From: Patescibacteria group bacterium
Lineage (GTDB): Bacteria > Patescibacteriota > Patescibacteriia > UBA9934 > GWF2-40-263
Direction: 5' to 3'
DNA: 64,000 nucleotides
NCBI GenBank assembly: GCA_041661745.1
Contig: JBAZTR010000004.1
Span: 76,999-140,998, forward strand
The translations under genes were made by a program, and so were the position numbers. The notes beneath the pieces are model-generated. The model ran no database searches and had not been told where the DNA came from. It was given only the letters and a program-made list of their open reading frames with translations. Shown in pieces: positions 46,397-53,729 of this stretch. Within the stretch, counting starts at the first letter, position 1; each line of letters begins with the position of its first letter.

Positions 46397-47650
46397 ATGA
46401 AAATGAAATTTTTAATAATTTTATTTCTTTTCTTCCTACCCGTCACCTCGCTAAAAGCGCAAGTTTGCACTTGTTATAATGCGGCCGGTGTTTGTCAGAC
46501 AGATAAAACAACAACCGGCGCAGGAATAGATGACCCCCCTGACTCTGTTAGTTGTGACGATTATTGTACCAGTCAACTTCGTGATGACTTTAGTTATTAT
46601 AAGTTTTCCGACTATGGCGGAGAAGATATACCGAATGAAGTAAGTACTCAAATAAGTTGTGAAACTAACGCCGAAGCAGCCGCGGCCGGAGCTGCCCCTT
46701 CCACACAGACTGCCCCGACCGTAAAAAGAGAATATGTGGCCCCGGTTCTAAGCGTTAATATCCCAACCGTTTCTTTTTCGAAAATCTTCGAAGATAATGG
46801 ATACATTGAGGTCAACTGGCTAAGCGAGTATATCACTGGTCTCTATAAATATCTTTTAACCATCTCGGGAATTTTTGCCGTATTTCTCCTTATGGTTGGC
46901 GGCTTGCAGTATGTTGTTTCCCCCGGCGGTTCAGGCCAGGCCAGTGCAAAAAAAAGAATGACCAATGCCCTGACTGGCATGGTTTTACTTTTTTGCGTGT
47001 ACATGATTCTTTATATTGTCAATCCAAAACTAACGGTTTTTGAAGGGCTATCAATACAAACGATTGATCCAGTACTATACATTCAAAATTCCGGTGACTC
47101 GAACGAAGCCTTGGCTGGTTCAATCACCCCACCAAGTGGCGTGCAATGCACCGGTTCTGGTGATGTGGCCGCGGTAGCCAAGTCGTTTATCGGCAAGGTA
47201 AATTACCGCTATGGTGGAAAAGGTGGGTTGCCCCCTTATGATGCCGATACCAAAACATGTGACGGAAAACCATGTAAAGATTTTTGTCCTGAAGGAACAA
47301 TTTGTCTTGATTGTTCTGGTTTTGTCTCCTATGCTTCAAAATGTGCTGGTCTTCCAGCCGTAAGCGGCGGGACATCAACTATTTTTGCCACTGCGCCAAA
47401 AATTTCTTCTTGTACTGATACGACTGCGGTAACATCAAACGGAACAGTTACTTTATCTCCGGGAGATTTAGTGGGTTTTAAATCCGGTGATTACGCGGAA
47501 TCGCCCTCCTTTGGACATATTTTTATGTATATAGGAAACGGAGAAGTAATTGATAGCTCTGGCAGCGGACGAACCGGCAATCGTGCGGTCTCCACACATA
47601 AATTAACCTGGGCTTGTAGTAAATATCCCTTAAGATTAGTTGATAGATAA
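46397..47650 (+). CDS. secreted Cys-rich protein with a TM hairpin and a C-terminal NlpC/P60 (CHAP-like) peptidoglycan hydrolase domain; possibly a VirB1/PrgK-like cell-wall hydrolase
   Basis: Start at MKMKFL with a GAGGA RBS. Signal peptide; two hydrophobic helices separated by GGSGQ; catalytic Cys motif LDCSGFVSYA and His motif GHIFMYIGNGEVID. Confidence 0.6.
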   Translation: MKMKFLIILFLFFLPVTSLKAQVCTCYNAAGVCQTDKTTTGAGIDDPPDSVSCDDYCTSQLRDDFSYYKFSDYGGEDIPNEVSTQISCETNAEAAAAGAAPSTQTAPTVKREYVAPVLSVNIPTVSFSKIFEDNGYIEVNWLSEYITGLYKYLLTISGIFAVFLLMVGGLQYVVSPGGSGQASAKKRMTNALTGMVLLFCVYMILYIVNPKLTVFEGLSIQTIDPVLYIQNSGDSNEALAGSITPPSGVQCTGSGDVAAVAKSFIGKVNYRYGGKGGLPPYDADTKTCDGKPCKDFCPEGTICLDCSGFVSYASKCAGLPAVSGGTSTIFATAPKISSCTDTTAVTSNGTVTLSPGDLVGFKSGDYAESPSFGHIFMYIGNGEVIDSSGSGRTGNRAVSTHKLTWACSKYPLRLVDR

Positions 47651-47651
47651 T

Positions 47652-48920
47652 ATGTTCATCTGCACCAAGTGTGACGCACAATTCCCCAAATGGGCCGGCC
47701 GCTGTAGCGAATGCCAGGGTTGGGGGACATTAAAAGAAGGGGAGGTTGGTTCGATTGGTCATCAAACCGCAAAAACAAAACCGGCTGGCTTAGCCGGCGT
47801 TTTGTTGGTTGGGGAAACCGTGACCGCACATTCCCGTATCTTAAGCGGCGAAGGTGAGGTTGATCGTGTCCTTGGTGGCGGCATTGTTCCTGGATCACTG
47901 GTTTTAATTTCCGGCGAACCGGGCGTTGGTAAATCAACACTGGTGGCGCAAATCGCGGCCGGAGCAATTAACGCTCTTTATATTTCCGGCGAAGAATCCG
48001 CCTCACAACTGGCTGGTCGTTTTAAACGTCTTGAAAAAAAATTTGATCAGGTAAAATATTTGGAAGTTCAACCGGTGGAAACAATTATTTCAACGATTGA
48101 AAAAGAAAAACCGGCCTTGGCCATTATCGATTCGATTCAAACGGTTGATTCGCTTGATCTGGAGGGCGCGGCGGGAAACCCGAACGTTGTTCGCTACGCC
48201 ACCAATCTCCTTCTTCAATGTGCCAAACGAACGAATGTTCCGATCATGATTATCGGACAGGTAACTAAAGACGGCTCGGTGGCTGGACCAAAAACACTTG
48301 AACATTTGGTCGATGTTGTTCTTTCACTCGAAGGCGACCCGGTGCATGCTTTTAGAATTCTGCGCGCCACAAAAAACCGCTTCGGTTCAACGGACGAAGT
48401 CGGGGTGTTCGAGATGGCGAAAAATGGTTTAATTGCCGTACCTAACCCGTCGGAAAGATTTTTGGCTGAACGTCAGAATACGCCCGGCTCGGTTATTACC
48501 GCGATTCTTGAAGGCTCGCGAGTTTTCCTAGTTGAAGTACAGGCCCTGGTCGAAAAAAGTTTTTACCCTTCCCCGGTTAGGCGCGCTTCGGGTTTTGACG
48601 TGAACCGTTTACAAATGTTGTCGGCTATTCTTTCTTCACGGGCTGGGATGAATCTTGGCGACAAAGATGTTTATGTAAATGTGATTGGTGGTATGGAATT
48701 AAACGAACCGGCCGCTGACCTGGCCGTTTGCGCGGCCATTGTTTCGGCCGTGACAAATAAAGTTAATCCCGAGCCAACCGTTTTCTTTGGTGAGGTTGGT
48801 TTGGGCGGCGAAATACGTTCGGTCCTTGGCACAGAAAGACGAATGAAAGAGGCAGAACGGGTCGGCTTGAAACGAGCTGTCACCCCGGTCGCAATAAAAT
48901 CAGTAAGAGAGCTTTTGTAG
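47652..48920 (+). CDS. radA: DNA repair protein RadA/Sms
   Basis: N-terminal Zn finger CTKCDAQFPKWAGRCSECQGWG, RecA-like ATPase with Walker A GEPGVGKST, KNRFG motif, and a Lon-like C-domain. An alternative TTG start lies at 47640. Confidence 0.9.
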   Translation: MFICTKCDAQFPKWAGRCSECQGWGTLKEGEVGSIGHQTAKTKPAGLAGVLLVGETVTAHSRILSGEGEVDRVLGGGIVPGSLVLISGEPGVGKSTLVAQIAAGAINALYISGEESASQLAGRFKRLEKKFDQVKYLEVQPVETIISTIEKEKPALAIIDSIQTVDSLDLEGAAGNPNVVRYATNLLLQCAKRTNVPIMIIGQVTKDGSVAGPKTLEHLVDVVLSLEGDPVHAFRILRATKNRFGSTDEVGVFEMAKNGLIAVPNPSERFLAERQNTPGSVITAILEGSRVFLVEVQALVEKSFYPSPVRRASGFDVNRLQMLSAILSSRAGMNLGDKDVYVNVIGGMELNEPAADLAVCAAIVSAVTNKVNPEPTVFFGEVGLGGEIRSVLGTERRMKEAERVGLKRAVTPVAIKSVRELL

Positions 48921-48922
48921 TT

Positions 48923-50977
48923 TTATTCCAGATGAACAACCTCGAAACCTTGTAGAACTCTTTCTTTAACCAGAGGGTGAGAAATTAAATCAGGATCTTT
49001 TTCTAAAAGATGATGGGCCCAGTCACGGGCCTTTTTCATTAAGTCAGTATCGCCGAGTGTCGCAAATTTTAAATCAGGCAGGCCAGACTGGGCTGTGCCA
49101 AAAGCATTCCCTGCCCCACGAATTTTTAAGTCCTCCTCGGCCAAATAAAAACCGTCTTGTGATTTAACTACCGCTTGCAAACGACGTGAGGTTTCGGCTT
49201 CGACTTTTTCGGTATGAAGAAAGCAAAACGAGGGAAAACTGGAACGACCAATGCGGCCGCGAAGTTGGTGAAGTTGAGCCAAGCCAAATCTTTCGGCGCC
49301 AAAAATAATCATCGCCGTGGCGTTCGGAACATCGACACCGACTTCAATGACTGTGGTGGAAACAAGAACCTCGATCTTTCCGGCGACAAATTCGGCCATA
49401 ATTTTTTCTTTATCATCAGACCTCATTTGACCGTGCAAAAGCCCAAGTTTAAATTCTTTTAATTGTCCTTTCGACAATTTCTCCACAGTCTCTTTGGCCG
49501 AAGCAACGCCCAGCGAATCAGACGGATCGATTAAGGGGCAAACAACAAAAACTTGATGACCGGATTTAATTTCAACTTTTATTTTTTCGTACATTTCTTT
49601 TTCTTTTGGTTTTGTAATCAAGGTAGTCGTGATCGGCAAACGACCGACCGGCCGCTCGTTCAAAATAGAAACCTCAAGATCACCGTAAACCGCTAAGGCT
49701 AACGAACGCGGAATAGGCGTGGCCGTCATGGATAAAAGATGCGGAGCTCGACCATTATTTTCCTGGGTCAAAGCATGCCGTTGTTCCACTCCAAAACGAT
49801 GCTGTTCGTCGATAATAACAAAATCAACGCTCGGCATTTTGGCGGTCTCTTCGAACAAAGCGTGCGTGCCAATAGCACAAGCGACTTCGCCGGCTTGCAG
49901 GGCGGCTAACAAATCTTTTTTCTTTACCTCGTCGCTTCCCCACATGGCTTTTTTACTGGTTAAGAGAGCCGGCTTAAACTCCGACAAAATTTTCTGAAAA
50001 GTTTTGTATTGCTGTTCAGCGAGGATTTCTGTTGGGGCTAGATAAACCACCCGCCCGCCAGCCTTAAGAGCCGCAAGGGCGCCAATAGCCGCCACCACGG
50101 TCTTTCCTGACCCAACATCGCCCTGGAGCAGGCGATGCATTGGCTCAGGCTTGGCCAAATCCAAAACAATTTCCCAAGCGGCCTTGCGTTGAGCGTTAGT
50201 TAACTTGAAAGGCAGTTTTTCGACGAAACTTTTTATTTCTTCAATCGGACAAACTAGCTGGCGCGCCCCGATGATGGCCCGCTCACGTTTTAAATGAGCA
50301 AACATTAATTGACGCAAAAACAATTCATCGAACTTCAAACGATTCATGCCATGGTCTAGATGATCGGCCGAGGGGGGAAAATGAACGTAATTCAACGCTT
50401 CGTAAATCATTGGGAATGATTCGGTTTCCCTAACTTCATCAGGCAGCCAATCGACAATTCCTGTCGCGGCCGGTAAAACTTTTTTTACTAAAGCACGAAC
50501 ACGACGGGTGGTTAGTGAACCGGTCAAACCGTACACTGGCACAATACTGCCGGTGTGAAGATGAGCCGCCGCCGGTTCGTGAACCGGATTCATTAAAACT
50601 GTTTCGCCAAATTTACGATTTATTCGCCCGGCTAGTGATACGACCGTACCCGGCCGCAAAACTTTTTCCAAATAAGGTTGATTAAACCACAGAACTTTTA
50701 AAGCCCCACTGTCGTTTTCAAAAATCGCTTCAGTCATGTGAATACTACTTTTCATGCTGCGCCGACTGCGAATGGTTTTAATGGTGCCAATCAAAGTGAC
50801 GACATCGTCGTGGTAAAGAGATGGGATTGGTTTGGACGAAGAAAAATCATCATAACGAAACGGCACATACCACAAAAGATCGCGAATATTGTTTATTCCC
50901 AAACGCGCAAAATCTTTGGCCAAAATCGGCCCGACCCCGAACAGGTCGCCAATCGGCGTGGCTAGTCGCAAAGACAT
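48923..50977 (-). CDS. recG: ATP-dependent DNA helicase RecG
   Basis: Wedge domain; helicase motifs GDVGSGKT, DEQHRFG, QLRGRIGR; 684 aa. Confidence 0.9.
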   Translation of the reverse strand: MSLRLATPIGDLFGVGPILAKDFARLGINNIRDLLWYVPFRYDDFSSSKPIPSLYHDDVVTLIGTIKTIRSRRSMKSSIHMTEAIFENDSGALKVLWFNQPYLEKVLRPGTVVSLAGRINRKFGETVLMNPVHEPAAAHLHTGSIVPVYGLTGSLTTRRVRALVKKVLPAATGIVDWLPDEVRETESFPMIYEALNYVHFPPSADHLDHGMNRLKFDELFLRQLMFAHLKRERAIIGARQLVCPIEEIKSFVEKLPFKLTNAQRKAAWEIVLDLAKPEPMHRLLQGDVGSGKTVVAAIGALAALKAGGRVVYLAPTEILAEQQYKTFQKILSEFKPALLTSKKAMWGSDEVKKKDLLAALQAGEVACAIGTHALFEETAKMPSVDFVIIDEQHRFGVEQRHALTQENNGRAPHLLSMTATPIPRSLALAVYGDLEVSILNERPVGRLPITTTLITKPKEKEMYEKIKVEIKSGHQVFVVCPLIDPSDSLGVASAKETVEKLSKGQLKEFKLGLLHGQMRSDDKEKIMAEFVAGKIEVLVSTTVIEVGVDVPNATAMIIFGAERFGLAQLHQLRGRIGRSSFPSFCFLHTEKVEAETSRRLQAVVKSQDGFYLAEEDLKIRGAGNAFGTAQSGLPDLKFATLGDTDLMKKARDWAHHLLEKDPDLISHPLVKERVLQGFEVVHLE

Positions 50978-51126
50978 AGGTTGATATAACGATAGCAGAA
51001 AACAAAAAAACGGGCTAAACCCGATTTTTCTTCCTGGTACGTCGAGCTCAGCTCGACTCGCACCATCGAGCTTTTCAGACAGTCGTTGCCTGGCAAAAGC
51101 TTAGCTTTTGCCTTTTGTAACAAAAA

Positions 51127-51143
51127 ATCGAGCTAAGCTCGAT
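51127..51143 (-). terminator. hairpin immediately 3' of tRNA-Arg
   Basis: atcgagctaagctcgat followed on the minus strand by tttttgtt; overlaps the tRNA 3' end. Confidence 0.5.
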
Positions 51144-51219
51144 GGTGCGCCCAGGACGACTCGAACGTCCGACCTTCAGGTCCGCAACCTGACGCTCTAT
51201 CCAGCTGAGCTATGGGCGC
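51143..51219 (-). tRNA. tRNA-Arg, anticodon read as GCG
   Basis: Minus-strand sequence GCGCCCATAGCTCAGCTGGATAGAGCGTCAGGTTGCGGACCTGAAGGTCGGACGTTCGAGTCGTCCTGGGCGCACCA folds as a canonical cloverleaf (7-bp acceptor stem, D and T arms, anticodon loop TTGCGGA). CCA is encoded. Confidence 0.8.
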
Positions 51220-51440
51220 ATATTATTTTGTTGCGCCTAGCGAAGCTGGCAATTTTTCCAGCTGCCCCGCCGGCGGTGGCCTTTGGCGGGGTCCCGCCAA
51301 AACGAAGTGACGGCGGGAAGCTATGGGCGCATATTATTTTGCCCTCTTCTGTAAGCTCATACTGTTGAGCTACGAAGTCCACCGAAGCTCCGAAGCCTAT
51401 AGATGAAGGCGAGGAGCGAAGGTGGGTGGGCGCATTTTTC
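51220..51440 (-). repeat. two degenerate tRNA-like or leader repeats at a period of about 105-110 bp upstream of tRNA-Arg
   Basis: ctatgggcgcatattattttg (the tRNA 5' end plus upstream leader) recurs exactly at 51321-51341 and partially (tgggcgcattttt) at 51427-51439. The middle unit retains GCGCC...GGCGC acceptor-like pairing but has no cloverleaf. Confidence 0.5.
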
Positions 51441-51450
51441 CTTTTGAGAC

Positions 51451-51957
51451 CTACAGTTTATACAGCCTTTTGACGTAATCCGTCAAGGTCTCTTCACTGC
51501 GCTCCAAGTTTTCCAAACAAAACGGCAGTAAACATTCACGAACGTAATTAGGATCGTTATCCTCTAAAGGAATGGAGACCAACGGCACCCATGGGCTGGT
51601 AAAATCGAAATACAAAAGTTTAACGGCCGGTGGCTCATATGCAATGGAAAAATCTCTTATTTCTTTAAAAGAATGATAATGATCGCCAATTATTACACCA
51701 GTCGAAGTAATGGCAACATCGAGTTTTTCCGGCGGTTGAAAAGTGGAAAGCAAAGTAACCAAGCCGGCTAAAAGAATAATTACAGCGAAAAGAAAATTGG
51801 CGGTAAAAATCGCGTAAATAATCAAAGTTACAGCCACGATCGCACCAATGATATACCAGGTTCGTGTACGGTCGTGGTTGGGAAATTCATCAACCTCCCA
51901 GGCGACTAAAATTTTCCCATATTCGGAAACGGAATTTTCTAAATTTTCCCCCATATT
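51451..51957 (-). CDS. hypothetical membrane protein
   Basis: Two adjacent TM helices (WYIIGAIVAVTLIIYAIFTANFLFAVIILLAGLVTLL). Start ambiguous; MGENLENS chosen to avoid overlapping the GIY-YIG gene. Confidence 0.35.
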   Translation of the reverse strand, partial: NMGENLENSVSEYGKILVAWEVDEFPNHDRTRTWYIIGAIVAVTLIIYAIFTANFLFAVIILLAGLVTLLSTFQPPEKLDVAITSTGVIIGDHYHSFKEIRDFSIAYEPPAVKLLYFDFTSPWVPLVSIPLEDNDPNYVRECLLPFCLENLERSEETLTDYVKRLYKL

Positions 51958-51964
51958 TTTGTTT

Positions 51965-52198
51965 TTAATCCAAGTGTCTATTAATAAAGGCTCTACCTGA
52001 CCCAGACTTAAAATATTTTTCCAGTTTATACGCTTTATATTTTTCTGATACTGCAAAATAAAATTCCAAACTAATTGGCAAACGTCCTTTTGTCGCTTCA
52101 ACCAAGCCTTTTTGATGACGAATCATCCTGTTGTCCAGGTCGTCCGTACAGCCTATATAAAATCCATCTTTACATTTTAAACTATAAACAAAGTACAT
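51965..52198 (-). CDS. GIY-YIG nuclease-domain small protein
   Basis: YFVYSLKCKDGFYIGCTDDLDNRMIRH...LEKYFKSGSG matches the GIY-YIG motif with Arg, Glu and Asn in the expected order; 77 aa. Confidence 0.6.
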   Translation of the reverse strand: MYFVYSLKCKDGFYIGCTDDLDNRMIRHQKGLVEATKGRLPISLEFYFAVSEKYKAYKLEKYFKSGSGRAFINRHLD

Positions 52199-52337
52199 AT
52201 CTTTTTTGCTCGACTTCGCTTGCGGCGAGCTTCGGTGTGATAATGGCGGACAGTGTCACGCCATAGCCGAGCCGATTTCTGTTGTCCCTTGGCGATGCCC
52301 GCCTTCGCCACTTTCAAGAGGGGCTTCGGCGAGGCGA

Positions 52338-52425
52338 TGGCGGAGAGGGTGAGATTCGAACTCACGGTGGCTTGCGCCACACCGGTTTTCAAGACCGGCT
52401 CATTAGACCGCTCTGACACCTCTCC
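52338..52425 (-). tRNA. tRNA-Ser (anticodon TGA)
   Basis: GGAGAGGTGTCAGAGCGGTCTAATGAGCCGGTCTTGAAAACCGGTGTGGCGCAAGCCACCGTGAGTTCGAATCTCACCCTCTCCGCCA has a 3-bp D stem, a long variable arm, anticodon loop CTTGAAA, and encoded CCA. Confidence 0.85.
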
Positions 52426-52479
52426 CTTGTGCGCCTAGTCTATCCGAAATGTTGATTTCCTTCAAGGGTTTATTCCTTT

Positions 52480-53196
52480 TTAATCGTTGGCGCGTAAAAG
52501 GGTCAGGCCCCAGACAAGGCCGGCCCCGGCTTCTTTTAAAGCCTTGGCCGCCGCGTCCATGGTAGAGCCGCTGGTTAAAACATCATCACAAATTAAAACG
52601 CAGGGTGGCACTAAACCGGTGGTTTCAAAAATCTCATCCAAGTCGCCGACCTGTCGGGTTTCGGCGGCCCGCTTGGCTTGCGGATTTGTCCATTCCGATC
52701 GATGTAATAATTCGAAATAGTCAGTGTTAATTTCCTTAGCCACGGCACACCCCAAAATTTCTGCTTGATTGAAACCTCTTTCTCGTCGCCGTTTTTCGTG
52801 AAGCGGCACGGCCGTAACATACCAATCAACCGGCGGCAACATTTGTTCCAAAGGAAAATTCTCCAACCATTCGAGCAAGGCGCGACCAGAAGCTTGATCG
52901 CCGTTAAACTTCCAGTTCTGTAAAAAGCCGCGCAAAACTTTATCATGATAAAGACCTAAGGCAAGATTACCATCAAGGTAAGTTTTTTTCGCACAATTTT
53001 CGCAAGTCTTCCCTTCCGAATTGGCGACATGACAAAACGGGCAAACCGCTTCGGCCAAGGCTGCAGTATAAGTTCCACTACAAGTCGGACAAAATTTCCA
53101 ACCCTCGACCTGACAATTAAAACAACGAATCGGAAACAAACCGTCTTTTAACCATTGCCAACTGTTTACTGCCAAAGTGCCGAAGCTACTTTCCAT
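52480..53196 (-). CDS. comFC: ComF family protein (ComFC-like, phosphoribosyltransferase domain with N-terminal zinc finger)
   Basis: Cys pairs (CFNCQ...CPTCS...CPFCH...CENC) followed by a PRTase motif VLICDDVLTSGSTM. Confidence 0.75.
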   Translation of the reverse strand: MESSFGTLAVNSWQWLKDGLFPIRCFNCQVEGWKFCPTCSGTYTAALAEAVCPFCHVANSEGKTCENCAKKTYLDGNLALGLYHDKVLRGFLQNWKFNGDQASGRALLEWLENFPLEQMLPPVDWYVTAVPLHEKRRRERGFNQAEILGCAVAKEINTDYFELLHRSEWTNPQAKRAAETRQVGDLDEIFETTGLVPPCVLICDDVLTSGSTMDAAAKALKEAGAGLVWGLTLLRAND

Positions 53197-53720
53197 ACGC
53201 CGTTTTCTTTGAGACAGGTTAAAAGAAGCTTCTGGTATTTTATCTCGCTATTCTGTGGACCGCCGTTAGATTCTTCGCGTTGTGTGGCCGCTTCAAGCGA
53301 GGCCGAAGTGGCATCGCTGGAAATTATTTTAACCGACAAAACTCTGGTGGTAACCCCGTAATAATCTGGAGAGGTCTGGGCCGTGGCAATAAAATTTTCC
53401 GTTTGAGTCCGAAGTGTCGCGGTCATTAAATCCATAACATCGTAAAGATTGGCAAAAGAACTTTGAGTGGAATAGCTGCCATAACGTTCGGCAAAAGTGA
53501 TCGCCAAACTCTGCAGAGCCGTATTAACTTGTTCGGTTTCAACTTCGGCTTCCGTCACCTCGGTTTCAACCCGCGGTGTAACAACCGGCTTTTCTATTTC
53601 AGGCACCACGACAACCGAAGCGGCTGGTGTTTTTTGATTTAAAAACCAAATCAAAAGCAAAAGTAAAAGTAGAAACAAGATCCCGGCGGCGGCAAGTAAA
53701 ATTTTCTTTTTTCTGGACAT
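53166..53720 (-). CDS. membrane-anchored protein, possibly VirB8-like (N-terminal TM plus NTF2-like domain)
   Basis: N-terminal TM AAGILFLLLLLLLIWFL, linker, then a domain of about 110 aa. Position directly downstream of the VirB4-like ATPase. Confidence 0.3.
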   Translation of the reverse strand: MSRKKKILLAAAGILFLLLLLLLIWFLNQKTPAASVVVVPEIEKPVVTPRVETEVTEAEVETEQVNTALQSLAITFAERYGSYSTQSSFANLYDVMDLMTATLRTQTENFIATAQTSPDYYGVTTRVLSVKIISSDATSASLEAATQREESNGGPQNSEIKYQKLLLTCLKENGVWKVASALWQ

Positions 53721-53729
53721 AATGATTAG

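Noticed and set aside
51108-51382. ORFs 51108..51368 (+) and 51197..51382 (-)
   Set aside because: They overlap the tRNA-Arg gene and its tRNA-like repeats; no coding signal.
52205-52336. RNase P RNA-like motif ACAGAAATCGGCTCGG on the minus strand next to tRNA-Ser
   Set aside because: Only about 130 nt are available between tRNA-Ser and the GIY-YIG gene, far too short for RNase P RNA, and no matching 5' P4 strand was found. Likely coincidence, or part of the tRNA-Ser precursor leader.
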